A DNA stretch of 64,000 bases from Lingula anatina (Eukaryota; Animalia; Brachiopoda). Position numbers and translations under genes: made by a program. The stretch is from NCBI GenBank assembly GCA_051362555.1, contig CM120640.1, forward strand, positions 33,685,967-33,749,966, written 5' to 3'. Of the stretch, positions 1 through 10,530 are shown piece after piece; position 1 is the first letter of the stretch; each line of letters begins with the position of its first letter. Below the pieces are notes generated by a model that saw only the letters and a program-made list of their open reading frames with translations, was not told the DNA's origin and made no database searches.

Positions 1-316
1 TGCCTGACACATGTGAAGTGAGTTGTTCCAAAAATGTAAACCCTGTAACAATTATTGTCCATACATTTTTTTTTTTTTTTTGCTTTGCTGTTGGCTCAAG
101 CTAATGTGTATTTTATCCATTTACTGGCTGCAATAATTTATAGCCCAGGCTCTAAATATGTCTGCACAAACATAATATTGTTTACTCTATGATATGTGAT
201 AATTAACAAATGAATGGTTTTATTCAACAGTGTAGGATAGAAGTTATATAGAAATAATTTGGTCTGGCTAGATTTTTACATTTTTGACATAATTCCATTG
301 GAAAAGGATAGTGTGT

Positions 317-363
317 AATAAATAAATAAATAGATAAATAAATGAATAAATAAATAAATAAAT
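317..363. repeat. (TAAA)n microsatellite
   Basis: Directly visible, imperfect. Confidence 0.85.
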
Positions 364-765
364 GAATATGGAAAATACATGTCAGAAATAAAATTCCCTT
401 GACAGCAAATTTATCTGAATTGAAAAATCTTTTGAAAATTGTAAATTACCAGTCTTAATACAGTCGTTTGGAGAAATTGTAGATAATATTATGACATTTT
501 GAAATTAAATTTCCATATTTGGACTGCCCGTTTTAAAAAAATGAAACAAACCAAAATTGACTATTCAAATAATTTAACAAGCTAATAAAACCAGTGTTGG
601 AAGTGGCCTCAGTTTGCAAAATGTTAGAAATTTAAATCTGGACTGTACCACATGGTGAAAATGACTTAAAATTTTTTAAATAATTTAAATGAAATGAAAA
701 GATATTGTATGATTCTCAAATCTCTTGACGTTGCATATTATAATGTGTTTTTTTTTTTCTTGTAG

Positions 766-806
766 TATGTGATGAAGGAGGAGATTCTTGGAAGTTCAGC
801 ATCAGG
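766..806 (+). CDS. IPO11: IPO11 exon (CDEGGDSWKFSIR)
   Basis: ttgtag| ... |gtacgt; starts in phase 1. Confidence 0.9.
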
Positions 807-1062
807 GTACGTTACGTTTTCACATTCAGTATGTGAAAATGAGGATTGTTACTTTTGTTATTGAACATTATTAATTTGTTAACATCTTTTACAGTTATTT
901 TGAAAGTTTTAACATAAAATTTTTTGTAATTTATATTTTTGCTTATTTATTTACAACAAACCCCTTGGGGCCATGGGGAAGATTAATTTTATTTTTACCA
1001 TGTTTTGAGTTATTGATATATATTTTACATATACTATAAAAGGTACATATTAGCTGAGTAAA

Positions 1063-1093
<31 letters not shown>

Positions 1094-4000
1094 CCCTCAA
1101 TAAATAAAGTTAAATATATAAATGTAAAGACAAACATGATTTAGAATCTTGACTAGCTGAGAATTCTAAAACATGTACAAATGTATCCATATCTTTATGG
1201 CACCGTTCCACTTTCTATTTAAACTCAACCATTGGAAAGGCTACTTAAGGATAATGGACTTGGTATTATAGTGTAATTTACAAAGATGATAAACTAGAAA
1301 TGATCAAGTGTTGCATCTCTTTCTGGATTGTCTTCCAGTGCATGTTTCTTGTGATCAAAAAGTACACTGTTTATTTATATTTTACTTTATTTTATTTTTA
1401 CTGCAGCCCTGCACAGAGGTGCTGTTTCTGACGTTATTCAAGGAGTTCAGGGAGGTACTGACCCCTGTGTTACTGGAGATGGTGAAACAAGTGGAGGGAA
1501 ACAACTTGGATCCTGCTGATTTAACTGCTGTGCTGAAAAAAGATGCTGGTAAATAATCCAGACACGCACGCACACGCACACACACACACACGCATTGTTT
1601 ATCATTTATTCATACACGAATTTTCATATGCGGACATATTTGTGTAGATCAATTGTTAGTGCTCAATGAAAACATTCAAATCAGATCTTTAAAACTGTAT
1701 TATTAGTCATCCTAATTTGTTTTGACCCACCTCTGATTACTAGTAATTGTTATTATTAATTTGTGAATTACAAAAGATTGGTATTACTAAATATTAAAAT
1801 ACATTATTGGATATATACCTGAATATTGCTCAGTAATTATAAGCTGTTACCTAGGCTTTTTTAAGGCATCACGTTGGCAAATATTTATTTACTGGTAATT
1901 TCTCAGAAAAGAATTTTCAGTAAAAATTATTTTTTTATTCCAGTGTATAATGCAGTTGGCTTGGCCTCCTTTGACCTGTTTGATGAAATTGACTTTGACA
2001 ATTGGTTCACTGGACAACTTGTTAGTGAATTACAGCAGTCGCATTCAAAGTAAGTACTTCATTGGAAGAATTTTTTTTTCAATAAAGAAAAAATTAGTCT
2101 TGTGCATTGCTTCAAATGCAAGCTACCAAATGTTTCTTGATGTTAATTAACTATTCTAAAATAATATACTTGTATGTTTAGTTTATTTTCCTTAGATATT
2201 CTTGTTAGTTCCAATCCCTGAAGCCAGATGGATTTTGTCTTTTTCGTGGTCAATCACATCTTAAGAACCATTGTTCAAATTTTTAGTTTCAGAATAATTA
2301 GGAGAAGAGTGATCTGGCTCATAGGCCAGTGGGTTGGAGTGAAATTTTCACTGAACATGAGACCTGCCTTATATGAAGTCATGTTGCCATTGTTGAAGCA
2401 GGCAGAAGACCTGGTAGTCAGACTAGAGACTGCCAGCACACTGAAAGCTGATATCCTTGGAAGCTTGTATTGTTCTGTTTACTGATTCTGGATATTTGTG
2501 ATTGTTAAATTGTAGGGATGAAATTTTCTATTTCCGCATTGAAAATTGAGTTAGATGTTAAAATTCTAAAAACATATATCAAATCACCTCACAGAAACTT
2601 TTATCTAAATCATGAATATAGAAAATTAAACCTCTTTTTCAGGGTGCATTAATTCATTTACAAAGTTTACTAGCATTAACAGTTTCATTTGTGATACTTC
2701 AAATATTTGTGGAAAGTAAGTTGGCTTCTTATTAGTGTGATCGAGTACCTTGAAATGATAAAGTTTGAGTAATTTAAGAAATTGCCACATTTCCTTAACT
2801 TTCATGTACCTGTTGATGATATAGATTTCAACACAGAGCAGTTTATGCCAGTAAGTAATGTCAGATATTTTAAAACATCAAGCATGCAAAACAACGAAAT
2901 AAGGGAGAACTCTGTATACAGTTCATGTAAAACATGAATGATTTTCTTTTAATTGAATTCCTCTTTTTAGCTCTCGATAAGAAGAATGCTTTTCATGTTT
3001 TACTATAATTATGGAATTTTGTTCAAAATCTCACTTTTTACACAATGTTTTCTGTTAAAATCAGTGGTTTTTATCATTGTCTTCAGTAAATAAAAAGAAT
3101 TGCCTCTTTTTCAGTATCTGGAGCCTCTGTTTGGGCTACTTTTCCAGTTGTTGAAGGAAGTGTCAGAATGTGAAACTAAGGTAAACTCAAACATTCCTGA
3201 CTACATTACTGACAGTACTTTTACTTGGATTATAAATAAGACACAGGGAAATTTTTATTTTATTTTGTAAAATAGGCCATGTGGGTAAGATTCAATTAAT
3301 TTTGTTGAGATGAAAATTATTGTAATAAAAAAAGGTATTTAAAAAATTGACATTATCACAGTTTTGCAGTAAGAAAAGCGATCTTTTTCTCACATTATCT
3401 ATAAGACAGCTAGTATAAAAATTATTAAACGACAAAACACATTTCTTAATGTTGAAATATCTTTTTTTTTTTGTCTCCAGATGCAGGTCCTCCATGTCCT
3501 GTCCTTTGTGGTGGAGAGAGTTGGCTACCACATCAGACCCCATGCCACTGCCTTGGTCCAGTACCTGCCTCTACTGTGGGAGGACTCAGAACACCACAAC
3601 ATGCTCAGATGTGCCATCCTCACCACACTCGTGCATTTAGTACAGGTGATTTGAGAGGCAGGGTTGCCAAAATTTATTTACCAAAAACAAGGATTAGATC
3701 TGCTGTCAGTCATATTTTGAAAAGTTGCCCTGGTTTCAGATCCAGCTTTCAGACCTTCATTATAAATAATTGCATCCTTATGAGTTCTGACTTCCTCTGT
3801 CCTCTTTTAGTCTAGCGAACTGAATGAATTTGCATTTCAAAGCTCAGGTATTTAAGGTCTGTGTAATAATTTAAAATGATCCTCATTTATCCTTCAGTAT
3901 TCTATTCTACTGTATTTAAACTAAAAATGTAAACCTTCAGCCTTTTGTTTGTAGTTCTTCAGTAAATTATTACCATTATTTATTTCAAGTTTGCATTCTA

Positions 4001-7000
4001 CCACCCAAATACCAGTTTTTTTCTGTAATTGTTGAATGTGTTTTCTGGTTTCTCTAATCACAGGGACTTGGCAAGCTGTGTGTGACTATGTATAGTTTCC
4101 TGTTGCCTGTGATCCAGCTCAGTACTGATGTACACCAGGAGCCCCATGTCTACCTGCTGGAGGATGGATTGGAGCTATGGCTGGAAACTCTTCACAACTC
4201 CCCAGCAATTACACAGGAGCTGTTGCAGATACACAGTAACATGAGTGCACTGCTGGGTAAGATTGTTTTGAGTTGATTTAGATGTTGGTAAAAAAAGGGA
4301 GGCAGATCTATATTTCTATATCTATATATCTATATCTATCATTCGAAGGATGGATGGATAGATACTGGTAGGTAGATAGATAGATTGATAGATAGATAGA
4401 GGATTCATAGACAGACTAAGACAAATTCATCATGTGGATGTTACTGATGTTTTCATGAAAGTTTTTTTTTTTTACAAAAAAAAAAAAACAAAAAAACACC
4501 AGTATTCAAATGCTGCCATATTGAAATACCTGATGTGTTTGTCTTATTTAGTATATACTCCCAGTATCAGTATTTAAGTATCACTGGGAGGATATATAGA
4601 TATATAATATATCTAATGGCTTGAACAACGAGAATTGCTTGTAAAAAATGTGAAATATTTGAGATAAGAGGCAAAAACATTGTAAATTAATTGATATGAA
4701 CACAAGAATATAGGATGGAAAATATGTCTTGAATGCCACCAATGACAACATCAATTTCATGAGTGAATGGCTTTTATCTCAAAATGTTATCATCTGTTAA
4801 TGAGCAGCATTGATTTACTATTTATTGATTTATGCTTGTTTTAATATCTGTCCAGATAATGTTGTCCTTATAATCATTGATTATATGAAATGTAAATGAA
4901 TATTATTGAGCATTATATAGTCCATTTTATTTATTTGGTATTATTATTCTTTTTTCTCATCAGAAATGGGTACAGAAAATCTTCGAACTTGTTTAAAAAT
5001 CATTGAAGCGTACTTGATGTTGGGAGCAACAGAATACATGGAGGTGAGGGAAGAGAATTGTAGTATCACTAATCATAATGTTAAAGTAAATGATTTGATT
5101 AAATGTTTCATATTTGCAAAATGATTGCTGTAAAAATATATTAAATCTATCCAAAAATAATAAACTGTGACCAAAGCAGAATTGGATTTTTACAAGTGCA
5201 TCGGTTAGTTTAAGTCATGATACATTCTCTGTAAAAAGATTTTCACACACTTTTTTCAACCATGCCATTTCTAAGCACATGAAGCAGGGGATGTTGAGGC
5301 AACCTGTCCTTTTCTTTGTGCCAAGAATATACTTAAATATGTCAGTTAAATATTATGTCTTGGCTGAGACCCCAACCTATGGATTCCAATTTCCAAGCAT
5401 ATAATTTCTCCCATTATCTCAGAGTGCAAAACCCTGCCTCTCTCTTTCCACAAAATTTGCCCTTACATGTCTTTGATTAAAGAACAATACTCACTCAATA
5501 ATGTAAGAAATTGTGATGTGATTGTTGAACATGTTTTAGATGTATGCTGGTAGTCTGGTTTCTTCTCTAAGCAGCTTGTTGACAGATCTGAAAGAAGATG
5601 GTGTGGTCATAGTTATGAGGGTAAGTTTTTGGCCATGTTGATTTATACGGTTATGATTCAACTTTTTCAGTCAGGGAAAATGATCAATCTTTTAAATGCA
5701 TAATTTTGGAATAATTTGAAATAATGTTTCTGTGTCACATTTGTGGTGCTTTTACCGAACAGAAAAGAACCATATAGGGAAGCCTGCTTCGCAGTTTTGT
5801 TAACACCACTCAATAGGACTGTTCTAATTTTAAGAATTTATGATTTAAAAAATACACTATCTCAAAAATTCACAAATTACCCCATTGAAAGATAAAGTCA
5901 TTACTGTAGTTCTGTATTTTTTTAGGGTCAAATATGATATTACATATTACATGATAGACCAGTGTCTCTTCTAATTTATATTCCTTTTAATGCACATCTC
6001 AATTAAATATGCATTTAAATGGATTTTTTTACATTTACCTGAAAACAACATTCTATGGTTATTGTTTACTTTAATATAATCTTAAGTATTTTCTACTTCT
6101 TTTCAGTTGATAGAACTGATTTTTAAAACCTTCCCCTCTGAGGGTCCACAGATATTTTCACAGATGCTGCCAAAGATTTTGAAAAATATTTTGAACAAAG
6201 AGGTAGAGTATATAATTTTATTAAATCCAGCATGATCATTACTATAATTTTTAAATTCCTAAATGGAAACTAGAACAAGTTGGTCTCTGAAACTCCAAGT
6301 GAGTTGACCCTGCTTGACCATGTAATAAAAAATTCCAAAAGATGCAGTTTTTGCATTCAAAGTATAAAATGTCTTTGAAAAATTTTGTACTATATATCAA
6401 ATATTTCTTTGAATATTTTGTTGAATATTGATTTCTTTCTGTAGGAAATTTCCATGATAATGTCTGTGTACCTGTCCATAGTAGCCAGAATGCTGTTACA
6501 AAATCAGAATTTCTTTTGGAATTTCCTTGAACACTTTTCAAAGTCAAGAAACCAAACTGTAAGTATATATGGGTGGAGGTTTTAAAGGAATTATTGCATT
6601 TCCTTTGATATAGCTTTTGCAAAAAAAAAAAAAAAGGGGTTTTGCAACATCCCTGAGGCAATTAATACAAAAATGGTAATCTAAAAATGGGATGCTAGAA
6701 TTGAACATTTTTAGTCTCTAAGGAGGGTGCCTACTGTGCATCAAGACTTTCCTTAACATATTGATATGACTGCAGCAGCTGACTTTACTTCACTTGTAGA
6801 AAGAAGAAGTTCTTGGGGAACTTTTGGACATCTGGTTTGACAGAATTGACAACATGGCTGATCCAGACAGAAGGAAATTGTCGGCCATGGCTGTGGCATC
6901 ACTGATCCCTTCTAATATAAGGCAAGTAACACTTGAAAATTATGTGTTGCTCTGAATTTAGTCATATTTATGTTATTAAATGATTCATTTTCATAGTGGC

Positions 7001-8557
7001 TGCCTAACATTTCATAATACAAAAGTAGTGTTTAACCTAAATTTTTAAGTATCAATTTTCTCTGTGGTCTCCATTTTTCCAGACCTACAATATTCACATC
7101 ACACAAAACATTTATCTTAAAGTGAGAAAATTTATTTACTTAACAATTGCCCGTTCAAAATATCAATCATGAAACATTTCAACCATTTATTTCCTGTCCA
7201 TTTCAGTTGTGTGCATGAAAGATTTGGTGGCGTCATCAATTTGTGTGTGGAAATACTGCATGACGTCTGCAGTGAAAATGAAGAAGGAGCAGAAGTAGAG
7301 TAAGCCCAAGTTACTGAAAATCATTTGGCAGGTCGCATTTCACTTAACTGGGGTTGACCCATCTTTACTTGTATTGTAATTATGGTAAATTTAGATATTG
7401 GAGATAGAATTAGAAATGTAGATACTGTCTGTTACTGGGGTTGTATTCACAAAGCTACCGAAAAACAAAACTTCTGTGCAATTCAAAACAAATCTCCATC
7501 CAAGTTTTAAAAAAAAGAGGTATTCCTATTACTATGGAAATGTTTTCAATTGTGTGTCTTGGATTGATTATCATCCCCAAAAAATTTTCAGCCTCAAGGC
7601 TTTTGGTGAATAAGCTGTTGAAAGTTCATTGAGAATGAAAAAATTCTTTATTGAAAAGTTTTGCTATCTTATAACCTTTTTCATTAAATTTCTGCTTTTT
7701 CATTACTAACAGTACACAATTAAAGCCAAGTTTCATTATTTTTATTTATCGGTGGCAATTGATATTTTCCTCATTTCAGTGGCTTGGTGATTATGGAGAA
7801 ACCTGCCACAGACCAAGGAGAATGCGAGTTGGAAACAGAGCATGATAGAAGAAAACGTGAGGTAAAAGAGCATCATAGTAGTGATGGCAGTAAATATGTT
7901 CAAGGACAGCAGATTGTGGTAGTTGAGCAGGGTTTGAAAAATGTGTTGAGAACCAGAAATCTCAATGTGTTGAGAACCAGAAATCGTCTGATGATGAGGA
8001 ATAGTCTTGATGGCATGGAATTTAACAATTAAAATATCTTTTAAATATCCTTTCTCTTTTTTTTTCAGTTATTTTAATATTCAAGATATCCAAGTCCCGG
8101 TTACTGCAGTGTTTTTTTCATTGATTGAAATAACATTTGTTTGGACTTAATCAGCTTCATGTTTGACTGAAAAGAAAATAACATTCTATCCAAATAAGAA
8201 AATTAATCATTCAGCTATCAGCATAGAGTATGAGTTGATAATATTCTGTTTGTTCACATTTCCAACTTGTAATAATGGCGTTTACCAACCACTCGGCTGT
8301 GAGCAATGATTTCCCTTTAAGTTGATGGTAATTAGATTGATCAAATACCAATTCTTTGTTTAAACATTTTGATCATTTCTTTGTTTAAATATTTCCAGTT
8401 GTCTTTCCAAGATCCAGTGCGAAGAATTTCCTTGATAGATTATCTGCAATCACAGCTGCATCAAGTGCAGAGGCAACATGGGCAGAGTGGCTTTCAACAA
8501 CTTATAGACTTAGTAGATAAAGAAGTCTATGAACAACTGCAAAGGTTCATCAAATGA
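766..8557 (+). CDS. IPO11: Importin-11 (Ran-binding protein 11), 3' part; 16 exons: 766-806,1407-1548,1944-2049,2287-2450,2810-2850,3115-3180,3481-3645,4064-4256,4964-5043,5540-5620,6107-6202,6445-6558,6800-6921,7207-7299,7780-7861,8399-8557; 5' exons lie before the window
   Basis: Exons join in frame (1745 nt, ~580 codons) with matching phases. The peptide carries importin-11 motifs GGDSWKFSIRPCTEVLF, KDAVYNAVGLA, RRRVIWLIGQW, YLLEDGLELW, RRKLSAMA, TEHDRRKRELSFQDPV and GFQQLIDLVDKEVYEQLQRF*, recognised from human IPO11. Confidence 0.95.
1407..1548 (+). CDS. IPO11: IPO11 exon (PCTEVLF...VLKKDA)
   Basis: ctgcag| ... |gtaaat. Confidence 0.92.
1944..2049 (+). CDS. IPO11: IPO11 exon (VYNAVGLASFDLFDEIDFDNWF...)
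   Basis: ttccag| ... |gtaagt. Confidence 0.92.
2287..2450 (+). CDS. IPO11: IPO11 exon (FRIIRRRVIWLIGQW...ETASTLKA), ending at a U12 AT donor
   Basis: ttttag| ... |atatcctt. Confidence 0.92.
2451..2809 (+). other. U12-type (minor spliceosome) AT-AC intron
   Basis: 5' ATATCCTT at 2451; branch site TTCCTTAAC at 2791-2799; terminal AC at 2808-2809. Splicing gives LKA-A-VDD, matching human LKLTVDD. Confidence 0.93.
2810..2850 (+). CDS. IPO11: IPO11 exon (AVDDIDFNTEQFMP)
   Basis: atgtac| ... |gtaagt. Confidence 0.9.
3115..3180 (+). CDS. IPO11: IPO11 exon (YLEPLFGLLFQLLKEVSECETK)
   Basis: tttcag| ... |gtaaac. Confidence 0.92.
3481..3645 (+). CDS. IPO11: IPO11 exon (MQVLHVLSFVVERVG...LVHLVQ)
   Basis: ctccag| ... 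|gtgatt. Confidence 0.92.
4064..4256 (+). CDS. IPO11: IPO11 exon (GLGKLC...YLLEDGLELW...SALL)
   Basis: tcacag| ... |gtaaga. Confidence 0.92.
4964..5043 (+). CDS. IPO11: IPO11 exon (EMGTENLRTCLKIIEAY...)
   Basis: catcag| ... |gtgagg. Confidence 0.92.
5540..5620 (+). CDS. IPO11: IPO11 exon (MYAGSLV...VIVMR)
   Basis: ttttag| ... |gtaagt. Confidence 0.88.
6107..6202 (+). CDS. IPO11: IPO11 exon (LIELIFKTFP...LNKE)
   Basis: tttcag| ... |gtagag. Confidence 0.88.
6445..6558 (+). CDS. IPO11: IPO11 exon (EISMIMSVYLSIVARMLLQN...NQT)
   Basis: ctgtag| ... |gtaagt. Confidence 0.9.
6800..6921 (+). CDS. IPO11: IPO11 exon (KEEVLGELLDIWFDRIDNM...PSNI), ending at a GC donor
   Basis: ttgtag| ... AG|gcaagt. 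Confidence 0.88.
7207..7299 (+). CDS. IPO11: IPO11 exon (CVHERFGGVINLCVEILHDV...)
   Basis: tttcag| ... |gtaagc. Confidence 0.9.
7780..7861 (+). CDS. IPO11: IPO11 exon (GLVIMEKP...EHDRRKRE)
   Basis: tttcag| ... |gtaaaa. Confidence 0.9.
7940..7985. repeat. 24-bp-period tandem duplication
   Basis: aatgtgttgagaaccagaaatc at 7940 and 7964. Confidence 0.9.
8399..8557 (+). CDS. IPO11: IPO11 last coding exon (LSFQDPV...LQRFIK*)
   Basis: ttccag| ... TGA. Confidence 0.92.
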   Translation: MSFQDPVRRISLIDYLQSQLHQVQRQHGQSGFQQLIDLVDKEVYEQLQRFIK

Positions 8558-10460
8558 TGTGTTTTATGGATCGCATATATGTTTTTAAAGCAGGAGAGAT
8601 GCCCTCTCCCTCCGCGGCCAAAGAAAAATGCCTTGACATTGTGATACTTTGTGTCTTTTATCAAATATCAATGTTTGTCGTTACTGAAGTTGACTGTTAC
8701 TAATAAAAAGAGATGTGAAGAATTCAGTTGAGCTCCATATCAATGCTAAGAGTTGGAGAATGTCTGTGATTCGCAGTCACAGTATAGAGTGTGTTAACAG
8801 GAGATCCCTGCATTTCTCCATGCTTCCACTGAACCCTAACCCTTCACCAAATTAAAATCGAAGTTTTCTGTTTTGCTTCTGCCATTCTGGAGACACCATT
8901 GGGACTGAAAAGCTGCTCAGCTTTGAAAATATATCTGATCAGGGTATCTGGAAAATTGGCTTTCCCAACTGTAGGGTTCAGATTTGAAAATTATCATAAT
9001 CAGATTTTTAATTTTAAAAAGTTATGTGATTCTTAAGAGACACTGACTTGTATTGCAGCCTAAGTTTAATGTTAATTTATTCTTCTTGCTATCACATTAG
9101 TATTTCTACTATTTCAGTCTTGATTCAGATACTGGTGTTGCATGCCTGTCACCATCTGCTGATTTATTTTTGCTTGCTAAATATTAGAGTGGTAAGGTTA
9201 GATTAACAGTATTAATAAATATTTCTTTGCTTATTTTAAATGAACAGAATTAGTTGTCAGACAGGATGAAGTTTTTTTTTTAATTACCTTCTTTTCTGTT
9301 TATATAGTCTGTTCTTAATTGCCAGAGATATGCCTATGTGCTTTTTTTATGCTACAGGTATTTACCCCTGCTCAAAAGTTGCATTACACATGAAGTGAAA
9401 GTTTAGAGTGCATGCAACAATTCAATCCAATAAAAAAGGAATGTGATTTTAAAGATATGGATTTACATCATTTTTAGATTGGAACTTGATAGAGAGACAG
9501 TTTGTAAGTTCCAGAAAAATTGTCATTGATGCCAGGAAAAATTGTAATTTTGTATTGAAGTTCTTTGAATGGTATTTCTAAAACGCAAGAATGAGATAAT
9601 TGATGCTGATTTTTGTTTTATAAAGTTTGAGCTTAAAGTAAAAATATTTGAGGCACATTTTCTCCATAAAAGCCACCTCTTTCCATATTTGTCTTACCTC
9701 ATTTTTCTTTCACAAAAAAGAATTTTGAAAGATTGTTAACTTTATTGGAGCAGACCTTCAGTTGCCCAATAGTGCAAGTAGCATATCATTTGTAGTTGAG
9801 AACAACATTTGTAGCACATACACAAGGAATGACTTTGCTGGCATGTCTTTTGTTCTCGAGTCGGTGTTTTTAGTGATACTCGCTGTGGAAGGAAAGGTTA
9901 ATCTCTCTGTTTCCCATCATGTCCTATTTAAGATATTGTAAAAGCAAATTTTATGGACAACATCTCCTGTGTTCTTTTAATAATGTAACCACACAAATAT
10001 ATATATATACATACTCATGAGTTTGAAGAAAAAGAGAGAAAGGAGCGAGATGTTGCTTTCAGTAACTTTTTATTACTTGGACCCTCAACATGATGGCTCC
10101 AATCTTTGAGATTTTTTTAACCTTCATTTATCATTTTGTCCAACGCAAAGGACAACTTGTTTTAAATTTAAGATATTGCAAACTTTTAGATATCTACATT
10201 CTTGAGGTTTCCTGTTGTGAAATATAATGATTATCAGCAGGAAGGATTTTCTGTTTATTTTTGAAAATGATTGTGTTCAACAGGAAGTTCATTATTCGGG
10301 GAAATTTTTCACCACGAGTTAAGGTATAATAACTGTGATATGTAATGACAAGTTATGTATTGGTCATGAGTTATTATCCTATTGAAAAGAAATTTAACAA
10401 AAAAAAAAAAAAAACGTCAGAGAAATGACGTTAAAACATTGTTATTTCCTGTAATGCTTA

Positions 10461-10530
10461 ATTAAAAGATTAATAAATCAGCTACCGAATTCTGTTTCTT
10501 AATCACGGTTTTCTTTTTGGTATGGTTTAA
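10461..10530 (+). terminator. Probable distal IPO11 polyadenylation region (implies a 3' UTR of ~1.9 kb; other AATAAA at 8702, 9214, 9429)
   Basis: ATTAAA at 10461 and AATAAA at 10472, followed by T/GT-rich sequence. Coincides with the change from CpG-poor to CpG-rich DNA. Confidence 0.5.

Noticed and set aside
1-23. Possible IPO11 exon end before GTGAGT
   Set aside because: No frame resembles the expected WEEDPE-type sequence preceding the exon at 766.
4558-4590. CTCCCAGT...ACTGGGAG inverted repeat in an IPO11 intron
   Set aside because: The arms are only 8 bp and there is no second copy, so it cannot be called a MITE.
6749-6770. U12-like branch TTCCTTAAC followed by AC
   Set aside because: The intron has a standard GTAAGT donor with no U12 donor, and the nearer AG acceptors at 6775 and 6778 run into an in-frame TAG. 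It is at most a relic or an ordinary branch point.
8045-8053. ATATCCTTT U12-donor-like 9-mer (another at 10690)
   Set aside because: Not at an exon boundary; about one such match is expected by chance in AT-rich DNA of this length.
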